A stretch of DNA of 64,000 nucleotides, from the NCBI GenBank assembly GCA_951406725.2, contig OX597817.1, forward strand, positions 31,930,001 to 31,994,000, written 5' to 3'. Source of the DNA: Octopus vulgaris. Taxonomy: Eukaryota. Positions within the stretch are counted from its first letter, which is position 1, and each line of letters starts with the position of its first letter. Positions 41,066 to 54,600 of the stretch are shown piece by piece. The notes below the pieces were generated by a model. That model ran no database searches and was not told the DNA's origin. It saw only the letters and a program-made list of their open reading frames with translations. Position numbers and translations under genes: made by a program.

Positions 41066-42278
41066 CAGGTTTTGTTGTAACTCCTGGAGTGTCGCATGCA
41101 CAACGAGCTTGCTGCCTGCAGCCTACGGTGCTCTGCTATCTGTTCTTTCCAACTATCCAGTACATTGCTGATTATTCTGGCTGTGCCAAGGAAGTGAACC
41201 TTTTGTAACAGTTCTACTGGGCACTCTATTCCGATTTCCTTTATATTCCTCTTGATGCCTTCTGATACTGTCCCCGATGATCCAACAATAACTGGCACTA
41301 TCTTCACTTTCTTCATTTCCACAGCCGGGCAATTTCATACTTAAAAGGATTGTATTTATCTATTTTTCGCATTCTTTCTTGACTATTCGTGGGTCAAAGG
41401 TACACGCAACATTGACTATATAATACATGTGGTGCATCTTGTCGACCACCTCCAGGTCCCGTTTGTTATGCTCTAGCACCTGATCTGTTTGGATTGGGAA
41501 ATCCCAGGGGATTTTACAAGTCTCCGACTCCGCCACTTTGTGTAGTTTGTGCCTCTCTCTAGCCCCCCACTTTTCGCAGTTTCCAATGTAGCACTTTCGC
41601 TATCTCATCGTGTCGCCACAACTTGTGGCTTTGGGCAAGTCTAGTGTATTCGTTCCCAATATGGGCAATGGTTTCGTTCCCTCTATTACAGATGTCGCAC
41701 AGCGTAGATACTTGCTCATTCCTAAGGTTAATCACCCTCCAATTCGTGGCCAGTATAGTATTCTTAGTTTCTTTTTTTCAGGGTTCCTTTCTTCAGCAGT
41801 CCCAGCAACTTCTGTTGTGGCTACATGGAATTGATTGTGTAGTTCTTTGCTGCGTAATGCTTCTTCATGTCCTTTTTGTACTTCTTCCTTTGCTTTTCCT
41901 TTCTTCTCTGCTTTCAATACTCCCTCATTCCTAACTGACACTAGCAAGGTCTCCTTGCTTTGGGATAGGTATCTCATTAAGCTCCCGAGTTCGATACGTA
42001 CGCAGTCTTCCACATTTGCTCTTTTCGTGTATAGGCAATCAGTGTCTGCACATGGATGATGGGCTCCATGCATCGTTAGGAGCTTTCCTGACTTCCTGCC
42101 CATGTCCTTTAGCTCCTCTTCTGTCCACTTCAGGATTCCAGCGCCATACCGCACTATTGCGACTGCGCGTGAGTTTTTTATAGCTGAAATTATGTTTCTG
42201 GCATTCAGCTTTGAAGCCAATATTTTTCTCACTCACCACAGGTACTCTTTCTTAGCCACATTGAGATAAGTGAGCAAC
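41066..42278 (-). mobile_element. 5'-truncated, decayed R4/Dong-type LINE (RLE endonuclease)
   Basis: KLNARNIISAI..RYGAGILKWT..HHPCADTDCLY; RHDEIAKVLHWK; DFPIQTDQVLEHNKRDL; IVPVIVGSSG..LLQKVHFLGTARII; abuts (TAA)n. Confidence 0.85.
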
Positions 42279-42280
42279 GG

Positions 42281-42330
<50 letters not shown>

Positions 42331-42331
<1 letters not shown>

Positions 42332-42789
42332 GAGTGAGAGAGCAGTGCATGCCATCAAAGTGACACTGGGGTAAAATATACGAAGCCCAATATACCCATC
42401 ATGACTACCCGTCTGATAAGGGTACACCAGGCACATGCATCACAACCATATGTGCGCGACATGGTGATCTCATATCAAGATAAACAGCACATGACCTTGC
42501 AGGTGGGGCCCGGTTAGAATTTTCTTCAGGTTGAGTCGCCCCATTCCGCTCAAAAGGTCCCTGAATAAGGGTTGTTTAAGGATGTTGAAAGAACCACCTA
42601 TGTTTCCAGAGGTGAATTATTCAAACCCCAAAGAATCCCTCTCAACACATGGCTATGATGCTCCCCCACTACTTCTGCTCGTGATCAGAGATGCACATAT
42701 CGTCAGCCACTAAGGGACATGCTCAACTGGTTAAGGTCAAACAAATGACAAGCAAATCTGTGGTATTGAGCAGAATATTTGCTGTAGCC

Positions 42790-42790
<1 letters not shown>
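42331..42790 (-). mobile_element. (AAT)n-inserted non-coding element, 5'-truncated copy
   Basis: Reverse complement of 22072-22527; (TTA)n on both sides. Confidence 0.85.
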
Positions 42791-42860
<70 letters not shown>

Positions 42861-42861
<1 letters not shown>

Positions 42862-43176
42862 GTGATGAAAACTCATAGATGATTTTGCTGGGTATGATGG
42901 GAAGTGTCATCTGTCCACAGCCAGTAGACTAAGGTGACACTTGCTTACTGGTCATGCTTCAAGAACCCTGAGAAGAATTCTTGCAGTTCCAAGCAATGCT
43001 GATTTTTGTAGGTGTTCTACCTGCACACTTGCACCAATCTTTTTCAGCCTTCACACTTGCACCGATCATTGAATCCCACAGGATTTTGCGATTCTCATTC
43101 TCGGTGACTCCTACTGGAGTTTGCTCATACCACGTCTTTGCTCTTTGTAGAATGATTCATTATTGCATCCCACAAG
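42861..43176 (-). mobile_element. 3' end of a second R4/Dong-type LINE with internal deletion
   Basis: WYEQTPVGVTENENRKILWD..VEHLQKSALLGTARILLRVLEA*; flanked by (TTA)n. Confidence 0.8.
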
Positions 43177-43185
43177 ATTATTATT

Positions 43186-43226
<41 letters not shown>

Positions 43227-43610
43227 TATTATTATTATTATTATTATTATTTAGTTTCTCTTTGCTAATTGTTCAAGCCTCTGAACAATCAGCCCCTAAC
43301 TAATGATTCAAGAAGTTTCAGTTTCTAATAAAATATACAAGCTCTACTTTTATGCATTGAGTACTTTTTTGTAAACAAAAGCGTTCAGATATCCACTTAT
43401 ATGTGTGTGTATGAGCGTATGCATATAGTACATATGTATGTTTATATACTAATAGAAATATGACTACAGAATGTGTGTGTGTGAGTATGTGTGAATGTAT
43501 TTGTTTGTGCATGTGTGTGTAGGACAGTTCAGTATAGCGCTACGATTATTTACACACAGACACAAATGTATATGTTTGTGACTGCGTATGTATGTATATA
43601 TGTATACGTG

Positions 43611-43654
<44 letters not shown>

Positions 43655-43813
43655 AACATAGGTACATATATACATGTGCGCATACAACTGTTACAGCAAT
43701 TATAGTTTTCGCGGTATGTTTTCTAGATTAAAGCTAATCAAGAAACTTGAACCGACTTAATCTAAACACTGTGAAAGGTTGTGAAATGCTACGATATGAA
43801 GAGACAGAGAGAT

Positions 43814-43864
<51 letters not shown>

Positions 43865-44276
43865 CAGTAAGAGAAGGGAGGGGAAAAGACACGTACAGAC
43901 AGACAGGCCAACAGACAGAGCAGAGAGGAAATAGCGAGAGATAGAGAGGGAGTCTCTGTCCGTATCATCTCGTTGTCTCAATGTCTGACACGTTTCATTC
44001 ATTCTGAAAAGCCATAGGCGGTCGTATGACATGCTAACACAGAATCTATAATAATTATTTATAGATGATATAATAAACCTGACGATGTTGTGCTAATTCT
44101 GTGATAGCAACTTTACGATGTCTTTTCAATAATATTTTATTCTCTTTCTTTCTTTCTTCTTTTCACATTTCCACATCATGCCTTCTTTGATCCCACAAAC
44201 GCCCACATAAAGACGAGCCAAGGAGGTTGTAGGCTTTCTGTGGTCATTCGATTGTCAAGAACAGTAGCAAAATTCC

Positions 44277-44693
44277 GAAGGCGGTGAGCTGGCAGAAACG
44301 TTAGCACGCCGGGCGAAATGCGTAGCCGTATTTCGTCTGCCGTTACGTTCTGAGTTCAAATTCCGCCGAGGTCGACTTTGCCCTTCATCCTTTCGGGGTC
44401 GATAAATTAAGTACCAATTACGCTCTGGTGTCGATATATTCGACTTAATCCGTTTGTCTGTCCTTGTTTGTCTTCTCTGTGTTTAGCCCCTTGTGGGTAG
44501 TAAAGAAATAGGTATTTCGTCTGCCGTTACGTTCTGAGTTCAAATTCCGCCGAGGTCAACTTTTCCTTTCATCCTTTCGGGGTCGATAAATTAAGTACCA
44601 GTTACATACTGAGGTCGATGTAATTGACTTAATCCCTTTGTCTGTTCTTGTTTGTCCCATCTGTGTTTAGCCCCTTGTGGGCAATAAAGAAAT
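44277..44693 (+). mobile_element. Dimeric SINE family B
   Basis: Same aaagaaata|ggtatttcgtctg junction; TSD agaa(c/t)agtagcaaaatt. Confidence 0.9.
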
Positions 44694-44840
44694 AAGAATA
44701 GTAGCAAAATTATCTAACACTTTATATGCTAACACTAAGATATGCAAAATAATGTTTTTTTCATTGCTGGAATTATTTTGATCATAGGGTTTTCTCAATC
44801 AGTACTGACCTACAGCCAAATAAAGTCACACATAGACATA

Positions 44841-45490
44841 TCTATTATATAAAATCCGTTCTGTGTGTGTGTGTTCTAGGATCTCGGGCATCCTTCATCC
44901 GATTGCACTCAAATTCGATAAGTAGATACCGACGGTATCAGGGCGTGTTTAAGTCTTGAAAAAATTACAAAAATCGATTCCAGGTGAGAATGCGATCGAT
45001 AAAGTGAATAAAATCGTTTTTCTTTGAAATAGAAAAAAAGTCTATCTTTATTTCTTCTTTTGCTGGTGTCTCAAATTTAGATTAAATCAGTGTTTCTCAA
45101 TGGGGAGGCCTATGGGACGGTCAGACAAGTTGTTTTAAGAAAAGTTGGCTTAAATGTTTGACAACTCAGCACCATCCATTGGACGGGGGGGGGGGGGGCG
45201 TTTTGCTCGTATATTATATAAAGTTTATTTTTATGGCTCAAATAAATGATTAATTTGACACTAATGCATCAGCAGTATTTATAGTATGAAAGAAATACGA
45301 AGCCTTTGTGAACTGTGATAAGAAACTAAAGTTACCGAGCTATAAACCACAAACGATGTAATTAAGTTAAATATGCGTATTTCTTTGATCAACTAACGTG
45401 ATACGAATGATGAAATATGAACGACACATTGCACATTGTAATGCAAGGTATGCAAAAACGACAGAATGCGCACGGCTGGAATCATACTAA
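44841..45490 (+). mobile_element. Probable non-autonomous Helitron, degenerate 3' end
   Basis: a|TCtattatataaaa start followed by a short (TG)n; possible CTAA end. Confidence 0.45.
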
Positions 45491-46229
45491 TTTACAGCTG
45501 ACCTAGGGACCAAACAATTATAACAGTTAATGTGATAAGTAGTGAGCAAGGCATTTCAGAGAGTTATCCAAAAAGTGTGATTAACCTGCATATTATACAC
45601 ACATATCTCTATATATCGACACATCCCCCACACACATATACATTCAAACATACACATAAGTGTGTGTATGTGTGTATGAATGTATATGTATGTGTGTGTG
45701 CGCGGGGCGTTTGTATGTGTGTGTGTGTGTGAGAGAGCATAAAATGTGTGTGCGTGCATAAAATGTGTGTATATGTGCATATTATCCCAGAAATTTGGGA
45801 ACAAGAAAGTCAGCAAGCAAGGGAGACGACTTCAGTGATATCAGTTAATTGAAATTTTTGGACACTATATAACAATACTGACTGATGCGGGTCTGGTCTT
45901 TAAAAACAACTACCCTTCCAAAATGTCTAAAAGATCTTCATGGTGCAGATGTAGGTGTCTTTAAACGAAACTGGATCTCTTAGTGTCAAGAGTTCCAGAT
46001 GAGCCTACCTCACGGCAGGAGGCACAGACGAAGGCAGCAGTATCAAACTCCTTCATTCACAAAATGCTACATACCAGACACTGTTTCAAATTATGGTGTA
46101 GCTCAGCCACGGTGGTGCCCTAGCATGACCGCAGCTTTAAAGTTTCACGTTCCCGTTCGTCGGACGAACGGGAACATGAAACTCTGAGTAACAGGTTTTG
46201 TGATATCTTTGGAGCTTTATTCATAAAAT

Positions 46230-46231
46230 AT

Positions 46232-46279
<48 letters not shown>

Positions 46280-46431
46280 CGCAGACATATATGCAAAGAT
46301 TGCATAAATGTGTGTTTGTATCAGGCTCTACAGATCTGTGCATCTGTTTATGTTATATTAGTATGTGAGAAATTATTTTTAAGTATATATTTGCATATAC
46401 GCATATATCTCTCTTTCACTATATATATATA

Positions 46432-46520
<89 letters not shown>

Positions 46521-46959
46521 ATACATACATGCATATATACATGTATGCGTGTATGTATATAGACATGCATACACGTATATGTATGTGTGTGAGAGAGAGA
46601 GCGTGTGCGTATGTGACATCATTAAATGTGTCTGCATGTTGCTGGGAATATTATTCTTTACGTGGAACAGATCTGGCTATAAATATGGTAGGTAGCGGAG
46701 TCTTTATTTTAATTACAACAAAGAAAATGTTTACATCCTTTGAAAAATAAAATGGGAAAGTCATCAATTATATTTGCATGTGTGTATGTGTGGGAGTGTA
46801 TATGCGTATGCGTGTATATCTACGTGTGTGTGTATGGTATTTGTGTCAGTGTCTGGGATTATACATATGGTTATATACACTATGTATGGCTGGTTGACTA
46901 CACACCACGACACACATACACACATATAAATATATATACATATATACATTATACATATG

Positions 46960-47008
<49 letters not shown>

Positions 47009-47060
47009 TCATGCAAGTGTGAGAGTGTGTGTGTATGAGCAAATGCATACGCATATACGC

Positions 47061-47132
<72 letters not shown>

Positions 47133-47520
47133 GTATATGTATATATGCATATATATATACATATATGTGTATATATATGTATACATATATATATACGTAT
47201 ATGTATATACATATACATACATATATATATACATACATATATATATATATACACATATATATACATTTATATATATATACATATATATACATATATATGC
47301 ATATTTATATATATATATATATATATATATACATACATAATAAAGAAACATGTGAGCGTGTGTATATATATGTGCATACACATGAATATTTATATTATAT
47401 ATGTATGTATGTGAGTGTGTATGTGTGTGTCTATGTTTGTGTGAGTGTGTCTTTGTGTGAATGTATTTGTGTATATGTACTATATGTCCGCGCGAGTTTA
47501 TGTATATTTTCATGATGTAT
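46230..47520. repeat. Extended low-complexity TA/TG/CA region
   Basis: Directly visible. Confidence 0.95.
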
Positions 47521-48011
47521 ATAAATAAATATTTTTAGGGAAACGACGTAAATGAAGACATGCTCACGAATCCCTATTTTACATACCCTTATATTTTATT
47601 TATACGATCTGCTTGTTAGCAAACTTTTACTTTACATTTCTTTCAGATCCTTACATTTGTTCCTTATTAAGGGCCTTTCTGCTACGCTTGTTTCATTTAC
47701 ATGGCCAACCACAAAGGTACCAACCCTGTTTGAAGTGTTACCTTATTTAAATATATTCCTTTCTTTGATAATATTTTCACAATTCTCACCAAGAAAAATA
47801 TATATTTACACATACATAAATATGTTTCTATATGTATATATGGATACATTTGTGTATGTGTTGGCATCCATACATTTATACATACATAAATATATACATA
47901 CCTACATTATTATATATTTTCTTGGGGAAAATTGTGAAAATATTATCAAAGAAAGGAATATATATACATATGTGTGTGTGTGTCTGGTGTATATATATAT
48001 ATATATATATA

Positions 48012-48216
48012 TAAAGTTAATCCAAACAAGAAAGCACAAAAACACAACAACGTGAAGACGTGGAACAAATATAGTATTATTGGACGCTCAGGAAAGAAGG
48101 AAAAAAGGAGGGTTTAACGTTTCGAGCGGAGCTCTTCGTCAGAAACATAGGAGAAGGAAAGATCCAGAGAAGGGAAGACAGAGGAAAAAAATCGCCAACG
48201 GTACACACGCGGTCAC
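48012..48216 (-). mobile_element. Penelope-like pLTR fragment ending at (TA)n
   Basis: Contains a minimal hammerhead. Confidence 0.65.
48112..48146 (-). ncRNA. Minimal type I hammerhead ribozyme
   Basis: gttt-CUGACGA-a-gagc-tcc-gctc-GAAACGUU-aaac. Confidence 0.8.
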
Positions 48217-48375
48217 ACATACATAGATACATACACCAAACATATTTATTTTTGTATAAAATATTATAATATGTCATAAAATATTATAATAATCCAGGTT
48301 TCTCGGGGCACTGGGCCACTTGGTGTTGAATAGGTATACTATTAAATTAGTATCTAATTCTCTCACCCTTATTAA

Positions 48376-48414
<39 letters not shown>

Positions 48415-49354
48415 AAAATTAGTTATATATTACAGTAAAATCTACCTATATCAACAAATTCACAGTAAATTTTGCTTGAGTTACTGCCTAAGGTATTGTC
48501 AAGTCTTCACATTTTTAGTCTTGACCCAATGCCGATTTTTTACATAATGAATTTGCCTACCATATATACTATTCTACTTTGCATAAAACTTTAGCTATAT
48601 TGGTACTTCTGGATCACATTTTTAAAGTATTCCAGTGTGTCAATATTTTACCAAAATGATGGTACCTTTTTTAATTATAATGTTACTTTGCAAATTGAAG
48701 TCAACTGATTTTTAATATTCAAATTTTATCCGCAGCTTTAATATTTTACGTAAAAATGTTCTTGTTCTGTACTTTACCAGATGTAATAAGTTGTCCTGAA
48801 ATTTTACAAGTGTAATATCTTGTCCTGTACTTTTCCAGGTTTATAAGTTTAAGAATAGTATTTCTCTTGCTCGCATTTTCCCATGTAATCCATGTTTTTC
48901 CAGGCTATGCTATTATGCTAATTAATAATATGTCAATTTTTCTTCTATATTTAGCTTTTCTTCATTTCTTCTTCATCCGATTGATTACCCCTTTATTATA
49001 ATTTTTATCCTTTTTTATTAATCCCAGGTCCCAAGTTAAATTCTACCCCACCAATAATGAGTAACATTAAAATTAAAGCATGCAAGCGATATTTATTATA
49101 AAAAATTGAGTGCTTGCTTTGTGTTAATATATAGTTATTATTCGGGCCTTGTGCCTAGAGTGGATAAGAATATATATTGAAACTAATTTTTTTTTAAATG
49201 CGCAAAAAGTACAATGTGATAATTCATCATAGAAATATATTCTTAATTAATTAAAATTAATTCTAATATAAAGAATAGTTTCAAGATAAAAATAAAACTT
49301 TTTTATAAACTGCAGAAGAGATCGTACTATGACCTATATAGTATCAAGCCTAGT

Positions 49355-49712
49355 CGTGGCACTCCGTCGGTTACGACGACAAGGGTTCCAGTTGAACCGA
49401 CCAACGGAACAGCATGCCCGTGAAATTAACGTGCAAGTGGCTGAGCACTCCACAGACACGTGTACCCTTAACATAGTTCTCAGGGAAATTCAGTGCAACA
49501 CAAGGCTGGCCTTTTGAAATACAGGTGCAACAGAAAGAAATTTGTAGTGAAAGAGCACAACAGGGTTCGCCACCACCACCCCCTGCCTGAGCCTCGTGGA
49601 GCTTTAGGTGTTTTCGATCAATAAACACTCACAACGCCCGGTCTGGGAATCGAAACTGCGATCCTACAACCTAGAGTCCGCTGCCCTAACCACTGGGCCA
49701 TTGCACCTCCAA
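49355..49712 (-). mobile_element. SINE family C, tail type 3
   Basis: TSD caagcctagt. Confidence 0.85.
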
Positions 49713-49974
49713 CAACAAGCCTAGTAAGAAGAAAGACAAATGAAGTGAAAAATATAGCAATTAACAGGCAACTGATTAAAATACGAATGTAATTAACTGT
49801 CAATGAAATTGTGAATGTGAAAGATTTATGAGTATATTTAATTTGATGAGACGAAACCCATGAAATTCCTCGTGATGTCGTTGATAATTTTCCCTTACCT
49901 CAATGATGCCGGTGGTATATATAAAAGTCCCCTAAGAATAAAAAAGTGTAGAATTATATTATCACACTCAAATT

Positions 49975-50363
49975 GGATGGAAGCACTCCGTCGGTTACGA
50001 CGACGAGGGTTCCGGTTGATCCGAATCAACGGAACAGCCTGCTCGTGAAATTAACGTGTGAGTGGCTGAGCACTCCACAGACACGTGTACCCTTAACGTA
50101 GTTCTCGGGGATATTCAGCGTGACACAGAGAGTGACAAGGCCGGCCCCTTGAAATACAGGTACAACAGAAACAGGAAGTAAGAGTGAGAGAAAGTTGTGG
50201 TGAAAGAGTACAGCAGGGATCACCACCATCCCCTGCCGGAGCCGCGTGGAGCTTTAGGTGTTTTCGCTCAATAAACACTCACAACGCCCGGTCTGGGAAT
50301 CGAAACTGCGATCATATGACTGCGAGTCCACTGCCCTAACCACTGGGCCATTACGCATCCACA
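49975..50363 (-). mobile_element. SINE family C, tail type 3, full length
   Basis: TSD acactcaaatt; tail ends gtcgtaaccgacggagtgc. Confidence 0.9.
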
Positions 50364-51627
50364 ACACTCAAATTAGAGAAGCAAACACTCAACTTTTTTC
50401 CTTTTAGAACTTCATTGTATGAGATCGATATCATGAAATTCCTCGAATTGAGCTCTATCATTTAAACTTAATTAAAATATAGTTTGTTTTTAAAATTTAA
50501 AAAAAAAGTGATTTATACTTAAATCCAATGTTTCGCCTTATTTATATTTTTTCGTGATATTTTACCTCACAACGTTTTTGATACAAACTTTTGTTGCATG
50601 GGACAAAAACTATGAAATTCTTCACGCTTTCTTCTATCATTGAAGCTAAGATAAATATATTTTTCTTTTAAAATTAAAAATATATATAGATCTAAACTTG
50701 ATTTGTGGCGTTACTTGCGCTCCTATAACGTCGCTACAAATTTTGATGTAAACTTTTTCTACTGGGCCAAATCTCAATTTCTTCATGCCAAAATGTAGCT
50801 AGATACAAGTCCTCTTCAAAAATGTCAATGGTATTCCATTTAGTTAAGAACTGAATTAGCAACAAGCATTGAAAGATGCTGCGTGTGAGAAAATCGCGGC
50901 TTTAAGAATATCGTTCAAATACGGCAGTAGTTGAATGATATATTAAAAACACGCATGTACGCATTTGTACGCCCGTATACGCAATGTATGGTTTTTCATA
51001 TAACTTAAAACGTATATATGTCAATTTACATGTTGTACACATTCTCTACTGACTAACGAACATAAGATTACTGGGTCTTTCTTATGAGATATATACCGGA
51101 TTACCTGCTCAAGCTATTTAATTAAATGGTTAAGAATTTCTTGCAGACTCCATCCCAAATTAGAATGTTGGAGTTGTACTTTAGCAAGAATCTACAAAGT
51201 TTTAATTCAGTATTCAATGTCTGCTGAATTAGAGTTTGATTGCATTCCACGTCTGTTGTAAGTAAGTTATGAGAAAGAGGTTGAACAATTACAAAAGGTT
51301 TACTTACTCCAAGATTAATTACTTACGTTGATCTTAGAAACCCAGACTGAATTATTTCGTACTACGCCCATGTTGATTGATAGATTTATGCATATACAAT
51401 ATATTACTTCGAGATAAACTAAAATATGTTTCTCCATTATTCCCGCTTTTCTTGCTTTTTTTTCTACCTTTTTAACCTATTTGTCTTTCTGAAGAAAAAT
51501 TTAATCCCGAAAGTCAAAGGCACTTCTATTTTCTTCCATTTCCTTAAGCAAAAGTCTGATGGTTGCACATTGTTTTCACTTTGACTTTCATGTTAATTTC
51601 GTCGTTATTAATTTCCCTTATATATAT

Positions 51628-51664
<37 letters not shown>

Positions 51665-54600
51665 CATACATACATACATACATACATACATACATACATA
51701 CACAGAGATATACATCTAGATAAACACCAACACACAAACACACACACACATATATCTATACACACACATTTAAAAAATCAAAGTCTGTCACGAGCCTACT
51801 TGTCAATATCCCAGAGCTTATTCCAGTTTCAATCGCATCTAAATAAATGAAGTTCCAAGATTCTGAAGCGGGCCTCCATCAGTCGCTTCGCTGCCACTTA
51901 GTATTTATTTTCAGTCGAGTGAACTGAAGCAGGGACACTTCAGGCTGCTCGTTCCAAAAATTGAACCTACGACCCAACGATCGTGAAGGCAACAGTTCTA
52001 TGACAAAAATCTGCAGAATGCAGCTATACACGTCAAATTTTTATCAGTACACATAATCCGCTCCCTATATATATCACGGAGACAAAAGACGTATACTGGT
52101 TTATTTATACTTAGCATTCGAGTGACTTCAGCGGAGTCTATTTTGTTACAAATATTCAGACCAGGACTTCGATCTCACAATGAATTGATGTTTTCATCCA
52201 CTGCTTCCTACTGCAGTAGTCATTAAGTCGTGCTTTCTTCCTAAATGTCTCCCAACCAGTTTCAGAAGCCCAGGATTGTCTCATTCGATGCTTTTTCTCT
52301 ACTAGCTAAAGCACTGAAATACCCTTTCTCTTTTGAATACAGGCATACATACATACATATATACGCATCTGCATACATATAAAATATGTATGTAAGTATG
52401 TATATATATGTGTGTATACGAGTGTGTAAATGCATAGTCTATTAGCTATATAATTTAAATTACTCTAAACTGTAATGTTTCATATACTTTAAAAAGTTGT
52501 GCCGGATGTAGTAGATGTCATACCATTTTTGGATAATATGGTTTTTAAAAAAGTCTTTGGTTTAATTATACATCAATAAACGTTATATAAATTATTGCTG
52601 TCTTCAGATTCTTATCACTAGGTTTATGTTGCCAATAATGAAAAAAAAAAACAATATCTAATTTGGGTTTATTTATATGAATGTGAGTTAATGTATTTAC
52701 ACATGTGTGCATTCACACAAACATACATTATGAAACACTCCGTCAGTTCATCTAGCCTCGGATATTTGTCTCGCCTGTTTGAAAGTCGATTAAATCCAAC
52801 CATAGTACTTGACTAGTTAGTACTTTACTTTATCAATACCCGGATGTGGGTGATAAAATAAAGAACTAGTCAAATACTGTGGATTAGTACTTGTCCTATA
52901 TATCAGAACTTTGTATTAGTAGATGTCTAACATAAGTAAACTGCCAAAAAGTTTGAGATAAAGGTATAAAGGAATACATCGACCCAATGTGTTTGTCATA
53001 GTGTGTCGATTTATTTGTTTCCGTCTCTCCCAGAAGGGTGAAAGGAATTCCAAACTTGATTTCGGCGAGAATTTGAACTTAGACGCAAGGTGACGTAATT
53101 AAATTTTGCAAGCCTAAACCTCTAACTAATCTGCTAATACACCACCGTTATATTATTAAGCTTCACTTGCTGGGACTTGAACTCAGAACGTAAAGAACTA
53201 TCTCTGAATATCACAAGTCGTTTTGTCCGACACTTTAATGATTAAGTCAACCCACCACCTTTGTGATCTTTATATGAGCTTTTGATTTCTTTCTTTTGAC
53301 TTGAGCCTTGAAAGTAGACGAGGTAAGCTTATGGACAGCCGATTAGAGCCCAGATTTTTGTTGCATGTGTTCAACTCCAAGTCGGCCCTGACTGAACAGA
53401 CTTGATCAAATACTTTCCTGATTTATTCTAAACCTGAGATACCTTTTCTAGTATATATTTTCTTTAGTCGTTAAAGTAGTTGTATGGTAGAGTCGTTAGA
53501 TCGTCGAATAGAATGGCTTACTTAAATTTGAGCTGACTATCTATCCCCTGAGTTCAAACCACGGTGAAGCTTTCCAGGAATCGATAAATACAATACCAGC
53601 CCAATGTTAGCATAGTATCTTTCCCTGTAGCTATCATGTCCTGGATGCGTCACTGGATGAAGAGCAGAAGGATCGAAAGAGTGTTTATTATATCTGCTCC
53701 TGACTACATGATCATCTAAAGCAAATAGCGAAGCATGGGATGTTACCAAGTTATTCTCAATTGTGAATAAGATGTGATTTCAAAGCTGTTTTGCTGCCAT
53801 TTCTAGCAGATCAAGCGATCACATACAGTCTCTTTCATTAGCTCACGATCCAATTTTGATTACTAAGACTTTACTCATTTTCCGTCATTAAAATACTTTG
53901 AAATATTATGACTATGAGAGTTATCCATTTCTCTTCCGCCATAAATTTAAGTGGGTTGGCAGAATCATTAGAGCGTCGAACAAAATACGTTCTGTATTTA
54001 TTTATGAGCATATATTTTCTGAGTTCAATTTTAGCCATCGTCTTCCTGGGGTCGATTTGGTCGGTTTACAATTCCTTTAAAACATAATTGGTGTAAATGG
54101 AATTATAACAAAAGCCTGGAACTAAGACGTTATACCTACTGCAGGCATCAAACTTCTAAATAAAGAAATAAAGATGAACCGAAGAAAGATTAAAAAACTA
54201 TCAAATCTTTATATCAAACACGAGCCATTATAAACAACCTCACGTTGTATAGCAAAATAACAATTCTGATCTTAGATACAATACATCTAGAAAAGGAAAA
54301 GAGAACAAAGGATATGAGGTTATCACGGCTGGAGTGTTTTTGCTCATATTGTCCATAAAATCTGAGCTGACCGAGGGTTAAACAACAACAACAAGATCAA
54401 CTTCATGTAATATATTTCTACTTTAACATGAACGAAACTCTCCCATCAAATTCTTTTCCACACAAAGAGACACTGAAAACATAAGATACACACCTTGTAC
54501 TTGACCTATCTTAACCTCTTCTTTTCATCAGACATCAGAAAAGCAATAGAGAAACGCAAGCTCTGAAAGGCCTCGGGGGCTTGCCAAAATCACAAGTTGC

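Noticed and set aside
46232-47515. Long YI/CV-rich ORFs (here and throughout)
   Set aside because: Dinucleotide-repeat artefacts
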